A DNA stretch of 51,141 bases from Candidatus Eiseniibacteriota bacterium (GCA_043809585.1 JBDROZ010000023.1:62001-113141), one strand, 5' to 3'; counted from the stretch's first letter, positions 28,773 to 38,802 are shown. The notes: a model not told the origin generated them from the letters alone. Numbers and translations are program-made.

Positions 28773-29240
28773 ATGAGCGAAGAGAAGAAGAAGATGGAGA
28801 AGGTCGTCGTCCAAGTTCCGGCGGCCTCCCTCCGGGTGGAGGAGGTCCGCTGCCCGAAGGGGTGCGACCTGATGGACCGTTCCGTCCCGATCCACGGCCA
28901 CCCGTCGATCGCGCTCCGCTTCTCGATCGACGACCGGGAAGGGACGATCCATCTCGACCCGCACTACGGGACCTTCGACAACATCAGCGACATCGAAATC
29001 CCGAAAGGCAAGATCGTCGAGCTCCGCTGCCCCCACTGCGGGGTTTCCCTCCAGGAAGAGGACGAGCGGTGCGGGACCTGCTCGAGCCCCCTGTTCGCCC
29101 TTCATCTTCCCAAAGGGGGGCTCCTCGAGGGGTGCCTCAAGAGCGGGTGCTTCTACCACACCCTCCGCATCGTCGATCTCGACGCCCACTTCCTCCGGGT
29201 CTCGAGGGACGAGATCGGCATGTCCCGCTACGACGTGTAG
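28773..29240 (+). CDS. hypothetical Cys-rich (8 Cys) metal-binding protein
   Basis: CPKGC, CPHC, CGTC and CLKSGCFYH motifs; good RBS (GAGGGGAG) and host-like codon usage. Confidence 0.8.
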   Translation: MSEEKKKMEKVVVQVPAASLRVEEVRCPKGCDLMDRSVPIHGHPSIALRFSIDDREGTIHLDPHYGTFDNISDIEIPKGKIVELRCPHCGVSLQEEDERCGTCSSPLFALHLPKGGLLEGCLKSGCFYHTLRIVDLDAHFLRVSRDEIGMSRYDV

Positions 29241-29447
29241 CCAGGACGAGGCAACGCGTTCCTCCTGCGGCTTCGGCTCGCGGGCCGCGAAGCCGCCTTT
29301 CACCACGCCAAATCGACTATTCCCTATTCTCCCCGGAGGGCCTCCACCGGATCGACCCGCGCCCGTGGCCCTGGCTTTTCTGAACTCCCATAAAATCAAC
29401 AATTAATGACAAGATCGGCCATCCCATGTTCCCCCGGTGATTTTATC

Positions 29448-29477
29448 TTGCCACTATGTGTAACTTGTCGCTATTAT
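29448..29477 (+). promoter_or_regulatory. putative promoter of the padR operon
   Basis: TTGCCA-N18-TATTAT in an AT-rich tract. Confidence 0.45.
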
Positions 29478-29560
29478 CACCGTATCACACCTACGAAGGT
29501 GATGAATCAAGTCGCCCCGCCCGGTCGAGGACGGAGCGGTGACGGGAAAAGGAGAAGGTG

Positions 29561-29932
29561 GTGAGCGATCCCGAAACCCTGGTCCGGAAATTCCAGAAGG
29601 AACTGAACGCGGGGACCGTAGCCCTCGTGCTTCTCGGCATCCTGGAGCGGGCCGACTCGCCCATGTACGGGTACCAGATCGTCAAGGGGGTCGAGAGGGA
29701 CGGGGAGGATGATCCGCCCATGATGAAGCAGGGCGCCCTCTACCCGGTGCTTCGCTCCCTCGAGAAGAACGGGCTGCTCGCGAGCCGGGTGGAACCGTCC
29801 GTTACCGGTCCGCCCCGGCGCTACTACGAAATCACCGGCTCCGGCCGGGAGACACTGAAACAGTGGAAAGAGACCTGGCGGCGCACGCGGGATTTCGTCG
29901 ACGGGGTCGTGGAAGGAACAAGCCATGAGTGA
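29561..29932 (+). CDS. PadR-family transcriptional regulator
   Basis: PMYGYQIV, GALYPVLRSLEKNGLL and PRRYYEIT motifs. Confidence 0.93.
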   Translation: MSDPETLVRKFQKELNAGTVALVLLGILERADSPMYGYQIVKGVERDGEDDPPMMKQGALYPVLRSLEKNGLLASRVEPSVTGPPRRYYEITGSGRETLKQWKETWRRTRDFVDGVVEGTSHE

Positions 29933-30815
29933 AGCGATTCGAGCCTATCTCGAGAGTCTCCGGCGGGAACTCGCGGGGAGCGACCCGGCCACGATCCAGG
30001 ACGCCCTCGCCGACGCGGAGGACCACCTGCGGGCGGACATGGAACGGGCGCGCGCTTCGGGAACGAACAGGACCGACGAAGAGCTCTTGGCCGAGGCTAC
30101 GGAGCGTTTCGGAACGCCGGTCGAAGTGGCCGCCGCATACCGGGAGATCGAGAAACGCGTCGCCCCCGGGATCACGGGCGTCACGGAAACCCCAGGCGCG
30201 GGTCTTTTCGACCAGGTGTTCGGAGTCGTTCGCGATCCGCGGGCCTACGCGGCTTTGCTCTACATGGTCCTTTCGCTCCCCCTCGGCACGGCATACTTCA
30301 CGTGGACCGTCACCGGCCTCTCCCTCAGCCTGAGTCTCATGGTTCTCATCATCGGGCTCCCCTTCTTCGGGCTCTTCCTGCTTTCGATCCAGGGGCTCGG
30401 CGTCGTGGAGGGGCGAGTGGTCGAAGGACTCCTGGGAGTGCGTATGCCGAAGCGCACGGTCTTCTCGAAGCGCCATCTCGGATGGTGGGGCCAGCTGAAG
30501 GCGTGGATCGTCGACGGGCGGACCTGGACGACGGTCGTCTACTTCCTCCTCATGATGGTGCTCGGCACGCTCTACTTCAGCATCTTCATCACGCTGATCG
30601 CTATCTCCCTCGGACTCGTCGCAACCCCCTTCGTGGAGATGATCGTCCGCTTCGGCGGCCTGGACGCGCAGACGGTCGGAACATGGCTCCCCGGGTGGCT
30701 GCTCTGGATCGCGATCCCGGCGGGGCTCTTCGACCTGATCGTCACGCTCCACCTCGCACGGCTGATCGGGCGTTGGCACGGCCGCATGGCGAAGACAATG
30801 CTGGTGAGGGGGTAG
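29925..30815 (+). CDS. membrane sensor-domain protein (HAAS-like N-terminus plus TM sensor domain), PadR partner
   Basis: YLESLRRELAG...DAEDHL...FGTPVEVA followed by TM helices; overlaps the padR stop. Confidence 0.82.
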   Translation: MSEAIRAYLESLRRELAGSDPATIQDALADAEDHLRADMERARASGTNRTDEELLAEATERFGTPVEVAAAYREIEKRVAPGITGVTETPGAGLFDQVFGVVRDPRAYAALLYMVLSLPLGTAYFTWTVTGLSLSLSLMVLIIGLPFFGLFLLSIQGLGVVEGRVVEGLLGVRMPKRTVFSKRHLGWWGQLKAWIVDGRTWTTVVYFLLMMVLGTLYFSIFITLIAISLGLVATPFVEMIVRFGGLDAQTVGTWLPGWLLWIAIPAGLFDLIVTLHLARLIGRWHGRMAKTMLVRG

Positions 30816-30852
30816 GCGGGCGCGGGGCGGACGGCGGAGAGGAGGCGGCCCT

Positions 30853-31270
30853 CGGGGGCTTTTCCGGCAGGACACAGCTCCGAGCGCTTCCGCGCTCGTA
30901 GTTACCCCGCCGTGGGTGAGAGAGAGCGCGGCACAATCCCAGTCCGAACTTCGAGTGCCCGGGTGGGCGAACACCCTTCTCCCTCTCCTCCCGATGGGGG
31001 GGTCCGGTAGTACGAAAGGCGAAATGAACGGGGCCGAAGAGGGATTTCCAGCCGTGCGGGTGAGAACGACGACGACGGCGGTTCCTGAATTCCGTCGCCG
31101 GTGCTTGGTGGCCGGGGCGCCGCCCGTCCCTCACGAGCGCTTGCCCAGCGGGAGCGGGCTTCCCCAGCGACTGACGGGACGGGCAAGCCCCGTAGCCGGA
31201 CGTCAGGAGCATCCGGCGACTTCGAGATCGAAGGCGCCGCTCGGAGCCGTGTTCAAGAACCAGCACTCGA
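30853..31270. repeat. mosaic repeat cluster including a ~170-bp hairpin element (31082-31254)
   Basis: 31082-31254 is the reverse-complement homologue of 50567-50737, and 30920-30975 matches the modules at 4770-4825 and 50850-50905. Confidence 0.85.
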
Positions 31271-31356
31271 GGCCCCTCCCTACGCCCACCGGCCCTCTTT
31301 AGATTCATGTCCGTTTTCCGCCGGTCTGCCGGGCGCCCGTCGGCTACACTCCCATC

Positions 31357-32805
31357 ATGAATCTCGACGGCGACCTCTGCTACGAAGCCCTCCGGAGCCG
31401 GGACGCCCGCTTCGACGGGCGGTTCTTCACCGGCGTTCGGACCACCGGCATCTACTGCCGGCCGGTATGCCCCGCCCCGCGGCCGAAACGGTCGAACGTC
31501 GTCTTCTACCCCTGCGCCGCCGCCGCCGAGGAAGCGGGCTTCCGCCCCTGCCGGCGGTGCCGCCCCGAAACGGCGCCCGGGACACCCTCCTGGATCGGGA
31601 CCTCCGCGACCGTCCGCCGCGCCCTCCGTCTGATCGACGAGGGCGCTCTCGACGAGGGAGACGTTCCCGCCCTCGCCGAGCGCCTCGGTGTCGGCGACCG
31701 CCACCTCCGGCGTCTCTTCCGCGACCATCTCGGCGCCACGCCGGGCCGCCTGGCGCAGACGCTCCGGATCCACTTCGCCCGCCGTCTCATCGACCAGACC
31801 GACCTCCCCCTGACGGACGTGGCCTTCGCCGCCGGGTTCGGAAGCGTCCGCCGTTTTCACGAGGCGATCGCGGCGACCTTCGGCACGTCCCCCCGGAATC
31901 TGCGTTCCCGGTCGGGGGGCGCCCAAGGTCGATTCCGCATCGAGCTTCCCTACCGCCCCCCCCTCGACCGGCGGGCACTCTTCCGGTTCCTCGCGAAGCG
32001 GGCCGTTCCGGGGGTGGAGTCGGTGGACGGGTTCACCTATCGACGGAGCGCCCTTCTCGGAGACCTTCCCGGCGTGATCGAAATCCGATCGCCCGCCGAA
32101 GGGAGCCCCTTCCTTCTCTCCCTCCCCTTCGTTCCCCCCCGGGGCCTGCTCTCCCTCGTGGAGGGGACGCGCCGCCTGTTCGACCTCGATGCCGACCCGT
32201 TGCCGATCGAAGAGCGTCTCCTCCCGGACCCCCATCTCGCGCCTCTTGTCCGGCGGCGGCCCGGCCTCCGGGTTCCGGGGGCGTGGGACGGCTTCGAGCT
32301 CGCCGTCCGGGCGGTCCTCGGACAGCAAGTATCGGTGGCGGGGGCGGCCACCCTCGCCGGGCGCCTCGCCGAGCGCTTCGGCCGCCCCCTTCCCCGGGAA
32401 GAACGGGGGATCCGCTTCCTCTTCCCCTCCGCCGGGGATTTGGCGAAAGCGCGGCCCTCCGGCGGCCTCCCGGCGAAAAGGGCCGCGGCCCTTCGAACGC
32501 TCGCCCGTGCGGCGGCTTCCGGGGATCTCGAACTCGGCCCCTGGGCGGATCCGGACGAGGCGACCCGCCGCCTCCTCGAGATCGAAGGCATCGGCCCCTG
32601 GACCGTCGCATACATCAGGCTCCGGGCCTTCCGGGACCCCGACGCGTTTCCGGCGGGAGATCTCGGCGTTCGCAAGGGGCTCTCGATGGGGGACCCCCCG
32701 ATGACGGCGCGGCGGGCCGCCGCCCTCGCGGAACCATGGAGGCCATGGCGCGGCTACGGCGCCATGCATCTCTGGACCGAACTCGCCGAAAGGGAGAAAC
32801 CATGA
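31357..32805 (+). CDS. alkA: Ada/AlkA fusion: Ada Zn domain plus AraC HTH plus DNA-3-methyladenine glycosylase II
   Basis: GIYCRPVC, GFRPCRRC, AGFGSVRRF, AVLGQQVS and GIGPWT...DAFPAGD motifs. Confidence 0.93.
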   Translation: MNLDGDLCYEALRSRDARFDGRFFTGVRTTGIYCRPVCPAPRPKRSNVVFYPCAAAAEEAGFRPCRRCRPETAPGTPSWIGTSATVRRALRLIDEGALDEGDVPALAERLGVGDRHLRRLFRDHLGATPGRLAQTLRIHFARRLIDQTDLPLTDVAFAAGFGSVRRFHEAIAATFGTSPRNLRSRSGGAQGRFRIELPYRPPLDRRALFRFLAKRAVPGVESVDGFTYRRSALLGDLPGVIEIRSPAEGSPFLLSLPFVPPRGLLSLVEGTRRLFDLDADPLPIEERLLPDPHLAPLVRRRPGLRVPGAWDGFELAVRAVLGQQVSVAGAATLAGRLAERFGRPLPREERGIRFLFPSAGDLAKARPSGGLPAKRAAALRTLARAAASGDLELGPWADPDEATRRLLEIEGIGPWTVAYIRLRAFRDPDAFPAGDLGVRKGLSMGDPPMTARRAAALAEPWRPWRGYGAMHLWTELAEREKP

Positions 32806-33320
32806 CGACAAGGGAGAGTGTCGCGCTGCGGGAGGGGCGGTTCGAATCCCCCTTCGGCCCGATCCGGTTCGCGACCCGGGAGGGAATCCTCTGCGCCCTC
32901 GGCTTCGCCGGGCAGTGGCCCTCCCTCCGACGGGGCCTGGTGAAGAGGTTCGGCGCCGTCCGGTGGGAAAGGGGGCCGTCGGTGGAAACGGAGAGGATGC
33001 TCCGCCGCTATTTCGGCGGGGACCTCGGAGCCCTCCGGGATCATCCGGTCGACCCGGGGGGCACGCCGTTCCAACGGAACGTCTGGTCCGCCCTCCGGCG
33101 CATCCCCCCGGGCGAGATCGTGAGCTACGGGGAACTGGCCCGACGCATCCGGCGGCCCCGGGCGGCGCGGGCCGTGGGCGCGGCGAACGGGGCCAACCCG
33201 GTGAGCCTCGTCGTCCCCTGCCACCGGGTCGTCCGCTCGGACGGCGATCTCGGGGGTTACGGCGGCGGCGGCGAGAGGAAACGGAAGTTGCTCGAGCACG
33301 AGGGGGCGGTCATAGGCTAG
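32802..33320 (+). CDS. ogt: methylated-DNA-protein-cysteine methyltransferase
   Basis: GTPFQRNVW, ARAVGAANGANP and PCHRV motifs; ATGA overlap with alkA. Confidence 0.95.
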   Translation: MTTRESVALREGRFESPFGPIRFATREGILCALGFAGQWPSLRRGLVKRFGAVRWERGPSVETERMLRRYFGGDLGALRDHPVDPGGTPFQRNVWSALRRIPPGEIVSYGELARRIRRPRAARAVGAANGANPVSLVVPCHRVVRSDGDLGGYGGGGERKRKLLEHEGAVIG

Positions 33321-35299
33321 CCGAGTTCTCTTTCCAACGCTTCGAGCCGGACGCCGAGCTCTTCCCACCGCTCGGTCTTGGAGGCGATCTCCGCCTTCAG
33401 CTCGTTGAATGTCCGGAAGATCTCCGCGAACCCGGCGCCTTTCTCGTAGAAACTCCGGTCCGCCATGAGCGTCTCGATTCCGGCGAGACGGGACACGAGT
33501 TCCCCGATCTCCCTCTCGAGCGCGCCCACCTCCTCCCGGAGGGGCGTGAGGGCCCGGTAACGGGCGTTTCGTTCCTCCGCTTCCCGGCGCCGTTCCTCCT
33601 TCGTCTTCTTGGGCCGCCCCCCCCCTTTCCGGAGGGTATCCTCCCCCCGGGCGGCGCTTCGGGCCCGCCCATCGGGCGACGCGGCTCCCCCCGATCCGGC
33701 CGCCTCCCGGCGGCGCATGTAGTCGTCGTATCCGCCGAGGTAAACATGAATCCCCCCGCTCCCCACCTCGTCGACCCGGTTCGCGAGCCTTTCGATGAAA
33801 TGGCGGTCGTGGGAGATCATCACCATCGACCCGGCGTACTCGCCCAAGGCCTCGGCGAGCACGTCCCGGGAGGGGATGTCGAGGTGGCTCGTCGGCTCGT
33901 CGAGCAGGAGAAGGTTCGGCGGCCGGAGAAGTAGCTTCGCGAGGGCGACCCGCGCCTTCTCCCCCCCCGAGAGGACCTCGATCTTCTTGAAGACGTCCTC
34001 TCCGGAAAAGAGAAACCGGCCGAGAAGGGTCCGCACCCGCTGGGGCGTGAGGCCCTGGGTCGCCGTCATCACTTCGTCCAGGATCGTGCGCCGGTAGTCG
34101 AGGGCTTCCACCTGGTGCTGGGCGTAATACCCGATCGTGACGTTGTGCCCGAGGGTCCGCTCCCCCCGGTCCACCGAAAGGACACCGGCGAGGATCTTGA
34201 GGAGTGTCGACTTGCCCGCCCCGTTCGCTCCCACGAGAACGATCCGTTCCCCCCGTTCGATCTTCCACTCCAAGCCGTCGTACACCCGGTTCTCGCCGTA
34301 CGCCTTCGCCACGCCCTTCAGTTCGATCGGGATCCTTCCCGCCCGGGGGGGATCGGGAAAGGTGAAGTCGATCTGCCTGACCCGGGTCGGCGCCTCGATC
34401 CGATCGATCTTCTCGAGCGCCTTGATCCGGCTCTGCACGCGCTTCGCGAGGGTGTTCTTCGCGCGGAACCGCTCGATGAACCGCTCGGTCTGGGCGATCT
34501 TCCTCTCCTGGGACTTGCGGGCCACCTCGAGCCCCTCGTCCCTCACGCGCTTCGCTTCCACGTAGGCGTCGTAGTTCCCCGTGTAGGGCGTGACGGCCCC
34601 CCGGTCGATCTCGAGGATCCGTTCCGAGAGCCGGTTGAGGAGGACCCGGTCGTGGGAGACGATCACCATGGAGCCCGCGTACTCGCGGAGGTACTTCTCG
34701 AGCCAGATCACGGAGTCGAGATCGAGGTAGTTGGTCGGCTCGTCCAGGAGGAGCAGATCCGGCTCGGTCAGGAGAAGACGGGCGAGGGCGAGGCGCATGA
34801 GCCATCCCCCCGAGAACTCGTCGAGGGGCCGGCCGAAGTCGCTCTCCCGGAAGGCGAGACCGCCCAGAATCCGTTTCGCCTCGGCGGGGACGTCGTACCC
34901 GCCGGCCCGGTCGAACTCGCGCTCCAGTTCCCCGTGCCGGGCCGCCAGCTCCTCGAGCCGTTTCGAGTCCTCCTCCTCGTGCATCTCCTCTTCCACGGCG
35001 TCGAGCCGGTCCCGGATGCGGCGGACCCGTTCGTGGCCCGCCATCATCTCGTCGAGGAGAGTCCGGTTTCCGGCCCGAGGGACTTCCTGCGTCAGGTATC
35101 CGATGGTGGCCCGCTTGTTCCGGCTCACCTCCCCCTCGTCCGGCTCGATACCGCCGGCGAGGATCTCGAGGACCGTGGTCTTCCCCGATCCGTTGGGACC
35201 GACAAGACCGATCCGCTCGTCGATGCCGATCGTGACATTGACGCCCGAGAAGAGGGTGCGGCCCCCGTAATGCTTCGCGACTCCGATAAGGGAAATCAT
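33317..35299 (-). CDS. ABC-F family ATP-binding protein
   Basis: Two ABC domains (GPNGSGKT/FSGGW/LDEPTN and GANGAGKS/LSGGE/LDEPTS), no TM segments, C-terminal coiled coil. Confidence 0.95.
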   Translation of the reverse strand: MISLIGVAKHYGGRTLFSGVNVTIGIDERIGLVGPNGSGKTTVLEILAGGIEPDEGEVSRNKRATIGYLTQEVPRAGNRTLLDEMMAGHERVRRIRDRLDAVEEEMHEEEDSKRLEELAARHGELEREFDRAGGYDVPAEAKRILGGLAFRESDFGRPLDEFSGGWLMRLALARLLLTEPDLLLLDEPTNYLDLDSVIWLEKYLREYAGSMVIVSHDRVLLNRLSERILEIDRGAVTPYTGNYDAYVEAKRVRDEGLEVARKSQERKIAQTERFIERFRAKNTLAKRVQSRIKALEKIDRIEAPTRVRQIDFTFPDPPRAGRIPIELKGVAKAYGENRVYDGLEWKIERGERIVLVGANGAGKSTLLKILAGVLSVDRGERTLGHNVTIGYYAQHQVEALDYRRTILDEVMTATQGLTPQRVRTLLGRFLFSGEDVFKKIEVLSGGEKARVALAKLLLRPPNLLLLDEPTSHLDIPSRDVLAEALGEYAGSMVMISHDRHFIERLANRVDEVGSGGIHVYLGGYDDYMRRREAAGSGGAASPDGRARSAARGEDTLRKGGGRPKKTKEERRREAEERNARYRALTPLREEVGALEREIGELVSRLAGIETLMADRSFYEKGAGFAEIFRTFNELKAEIASKTERWEELGVRLEALERELG

Positions 35300-35339
35300 G
35301 GCGGGAATGATCGTACCATAGGGGACGGGCCGGCTCCTC

Positions 35340-36479
35340 TCACGAACCGAGCTTCGACTCTTCCTCGAAGAGCAGGTCCCGGATCTTCTCGCGGAAGACG
35401 CCCCGGTCGAACCGCTCCGCGTGGGCCCGGAGGGCCGCCGGATCGTAGTCGGCCGGCCGGAAGGCGCGAAGCGCTTCGATCACCGCCTCCTTCTCCTGCC
35501 GCTCGAAGAAGAGACCCGTCGGCGCTTCCGCGCCCCCCGGGGCGATGACCGTCTCGAGGGCGCCCCCCGCCCGATAGGCGATCACGGGGCATCCGCTCGC
35601 CATCGCTTCGAGGGGGACGATTCCGAAGTCCTCGACGCCGGGGAAGAGAAGGGCCCGGGCCCGGCCGAGGAGATCCGCCGCCTCCTCGTCGCCGACCCAG
35701 CCGAGAAAGCGCGCCTCCGGCCCCGCGATCCGTTCGAGATGCTCCCGCTCCGGCCCCCTCCCCGCGACGACGACGGGCATCTTCAGTTCCCGGGCCGCCA
35801 GAAGGGCGATCTCGAGCCGCTTGTACGGGACCAGGGCGGAGAGCACGAGAAGAAAACCCTCCCGGTCCCGCGCGGCGCGGAAGCGGGAGACGTTCACGGG
35901 CGGGTGAATCACCTCCGCCCCCCTCCCGTAGATCGAGCGGATTCGGTCCCGCACGTGCGCCGAGTTCGCCACGTACCGGTGCACGCGGTCCGCACTCTTC
36001 ACGTCCCACCCCCGGAGGTACCGGGCCACGCCGGGCATCACCGCCCGGGTGAGCGCGCCGGTCCGGGGATTCGCGAAATAGTCGTCGTAGAAATCCCAGA
36101 TGTAGCGCATCGGCGTGTGGCAGTAGCAGACGTGACGGGCGCCGGCCCGCGCGACGGCCCCCTTGGCGACGCAGTGGCTCGAAGAGAGGACGAAATCGAA
36201 TGAAGAGAGATCGAAGCGTTCCACCGCCGCCGGAAAGAGGGGGAGGTATCTCTGATGAAAGGAAGCCGCCCCGGGGAGGCGCTGCACGAAGGACGTGCGG
36301 ATGTCCATCGACTCGATGCGGGCCGACACCGCCCCCGGCCGGTGGACGAGGGTAAAGAGGGTCGCCTCCGGGAGCAGCTCACAGAAGACATCGAGGCAGT
36401 GCTCGCCGCCCCGCATCCCGGTGAGCCAGTCGTGCACGAGGGCGATCCGGCGCCCGCCGAAGGGAGATGGGCTAGCCGT
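35340..36479 (-). CDS. glycosyltransferase family 4 (start probably ACG at 36479; first canonical start is GTG at 36437)
   Basis: RIALVHDWLTGMRGGE, CYCHTPMRY and EDFGIVPLEAMASG motifs. Confidence 0.9.
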   Translation of the reverse strand, partial: TASPSPFGGRRIALVHDWLTGMRGGEHCLDVFCELLPEATLFTLVHRPGAVSARIESMDIRTSFVQRLPGAASFHQRYLPLFPAAVERFDLSSFDFVLSSSHCVAKGAVARAGARHVCYCHTPMRYIWDFYDDYFANPRTGALTRAVMPGVARYLRGWDVKSADRVHRYVANSAHVRDRIRSIYGRGAEVIHPPVNVSRFRAARDREGFLLVLSALVPYKRLEIALLAARELKMPVVVAGRGPEREHLERIAGPEARFLGWVGDEEAADLLGRARALLFPGVEDFGIVPLEAMASGCPVIAYRAGGALETVIAPGGAEAPTGLFFERQEKEAVIEALRAFRPADYDPAALRAHAERFDRGVFREKIRDLLFEEESKLGS

Positions 36480-38799
36480 GACCGATCACCTCCCGGTAAA
36501 CGGCGAGGGTCCGCCGCGCCGTTTCCTCCCAGGAGAACTCGGCGGCCCGCCGCCGCCCCTCCCGGGCATACCTGTCGTGCAGATCCCGGTCTTCGAGGAG
36601 GCGGGCCATGCCCGACTCGATCGCCTCGACGCTCCGGGGGTCGACGCGGAGACCGGCCTCTCCCACCACCTCGGTGATGGCCGGCGTGTCGGAGACGACC
36701 ACCGGGATGCCGCACGCCATCGCCTCGAGCGGCGGGAGGCCGAAGCCCTCGTAGAGGGAGGGGAAGACGAAGAGGCGGGCGCCGCTGTAGAGGACCGGAA
36801 GGAACTCCTCCGAAACGAAACCGGGGAAACGGACGTGGTCCCCGAGCCCGAGATCGGCGGCGGCGCGGACGAGGTCGGGCGCCGCCCCTTCCCCCACACC
36901 CGCGAGGACGAGGTCCCCCTCGAAGCCGCGGCGGCGGAGTCCCGCGAAGGCGTGGACGAGCCGATCGAGGTTCTTGTGGGGAAGACAGTTGCTCACGCAG
37001 AGCACGAACTCCCTCTCCACGCCGATGGTCCTCGCCACCTCCTCCCGCGCCTCGCCCCGGTCCCGGAGATGAAACCGGCCGCTCACGGCGTTGCAGATCA
37101 CATGCACCTTCTCCGGATTCACCCGGAGCACGCGCACGATGTCGTCCCGGCTCGCCCGGGAAACGGTGATGACCCGGGAGGCGCTCCGGGTGGCGGCGAT
37201 CATCATCGCCTTCGCGTAGGCGCCCGCCGCCCTCGACGGAGGGTAGAAGAGATGGATCAGGTCGTGGATGGTCACCACGGCGCGGCAAGGCCTGGCGACG
37301 GGCAGGACGTAGTGGGGGGAGTGGAACAGGTCGATCCTGTGGCGCTGCATCTGGAGGGGAAGGGAGACGAGCTCCCGGAGGGAGTACTTCGGCGAGTCGT
37401 CGGCTACCGGCAAGATGTTCTCCCCCCACTCGGCCGTTTCCGCAGAATTCTGGAAGACCACGTACTCCCGGTCCGGATCGATCCGGGAAAGGCCGGTGAC
37501 GAGGTTCCGGATGTACGTGCCGATTCCGAAGTCGTGGGCCTTCCGCGCATCGATGCCGACCCGCCCCCGGGGTATCGCGCTCCACCGGGGACGGCAGGGC
37601 AGGCGATCCCGCTCCCCCACGATCTTCGCCACCTGCTCGAGACGCACTTCCCATGTGTTCCGGCGCGCCACGGCGACCCGCTCCTCCGCGCCCCTCCCCC
37701 CCTCCGCGAGGGACTCGTCGAGGGCCCGGACGAACCCGTCCGGCGTGGAGGGCGTTCGGCAGTACTCCCGGAACTCCGCCAGCGACGGAAGATCGGTGAC
37801 CACCACCGGCTTCCCCGTCGCCATGAACTCGTGGAACTTCATGGGGAACACGTTCACCGTCGTCTCGTTCACCGCGAAGGGGATGAGGCAGACGTCGAAT
37901 CCCTTGAGATACCCGGGCAAATCCTCGTAGGGCCGGGCTCCGAAAAATCGGACATTCGGCATCGCCTCGAGCGCATCCACTTCGTCCCTCTTCGATCCCG
38001 GCCAGACCGGGCCGACCAGGGCGAGGGTCCAGCCGGGCCGGGCCCGGGCGATGTGCATCAGGAGTTGGAAGTCGACTTTGTAGTCCGAGAGGGCCCCGAC
38101 GAAACCGACCACGGGACGGGGAAGATTCAGAATCGCCTCGGGGACCTCCGTCTCCGCTTCCCCGGCCTTCATGAAGTGGTCGGCGTCCGCCACGTTCGGC
38201 AGGTAGAATGTGTTTCCGTTGTACCGGCGCTTCCCCTCGTAGAGGGACTTGGAAGTGGTGAAGACGAGGTCCGATTTTCCGAGAAGGGACCGCTCCATCT
38301 CCTGGATCTCCCGGGCGGGCACTCCCGGGTTCGCCCCGTACTCGTCGACGCAATGGTAAATGGAGAGGCTCTCGCCGAGGTGGCCCACGAGGTCGCTCGA
38401 CGTGGGGAGGAACGTCCAGAGGATCGGGTCCCGGAACCCCCGGGCCCGAGCGATTCGTCCGAGGCCGGTCCGGAGGATCCAGTAGTTCAGCCGCCGGACC
38501 CAAGGCCGGTTGTAGAGGGGGAGGACGAGGGGGGAGTAAACGTACAGGCTGTCCGAGACGCGCCGAACGCCGCGCGTCCAGTTGCGAACCCGGCCGCCGA
38601 TGCGATGAAGATCGCGCCACCGCGCCATCGGCCGCCGGAGCCCGAGGGACTCGACGAAGAGAACCCGGTTCTTCCGGGCGAGGCGGCTCATCAGGTGTTG
38701 GGAGTTGGTCCAGAGCTCCGCCTCCCAGTTCGCGGAGGCGATGCAGACGATGTTCGCCCCCTCGAGGGGCGGGGCGGGTTTCGGGTCCATTGGATCCAT
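36472..38799 (-). CDS. fused double GT-B glycosyltransferase
   Basis: N-terminal half: QHLMSRLA, YHCVDE, PMKFHEFMATGKPVV. C-terminal half: VGIDAR..GIGTY, PSLYEGFGLPPLEAMACG. Confidence 0.9.
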   Translation of the reverse strand: MDPMDPKPAPPLEGANIVCIASANWEAELWTNSQHLMSRLARKNRVLFVESLGLRRPMARWRDLHRIGGRVRNWTRGVRRVSDSLYVYSPLVLPLYNRPWVRRLNYWILRTGLGRIARARGFRDPILWTFLPTSSDLVGHLGESLSIYHCVDEYGANPGVPAREIQEMERSLLGKSDLVFTTSKSLYEGKRRYNGNTFYLPNVADADHFMKAGEAETEVPEAILNLPRPVVGFVGALSDYKVDFQLLMHIARARPGWTLALVGPVWPGSKRDEVDALEAMPNVRFFGARPYEDLPGYLKGFDVCLIPFAVNETTVNVFPMKFHEFMATGKPVVVTDLPSLAEFREYCRTPSTPDGFVRALDESLAEGGRGAEERVAVARRNTWEVRLEQVAKIVGERDRLPCRPRWSAIPRGRVGIDARKAHDFGIGTYIRNLVTGLSRIDPDREYVVFQNSAETAEWGENILPVADDSPKYSLRELVSLPLQMQRHRIDLFHSPHYVLPVARPCRAVVTIHDLIHLFYPPSRAAGAYAKAMMIAATRSASRVITVSRASRDDIVRVLRVNPEKVHVICNAVSGRFHLRDRGEAREEVARTIGVEREFVLCVSNCLPHKNLDRLVHAFAGLRRRGFEGDLVLAGVGEGAAPDLVRAAADLGLGDHVRFPGFVSEEFLPVLYSGARLFVFPSLYEGFGLPPLEAMACGIPVVVSDTPAITEVVGEAGLRVDPRSVEAIESGMARLLEDRDLHDRYAREGRRRAAEFSWEETARRTLAVYREVIGHG

Positions 38800-38802
38800 G
38801 GC

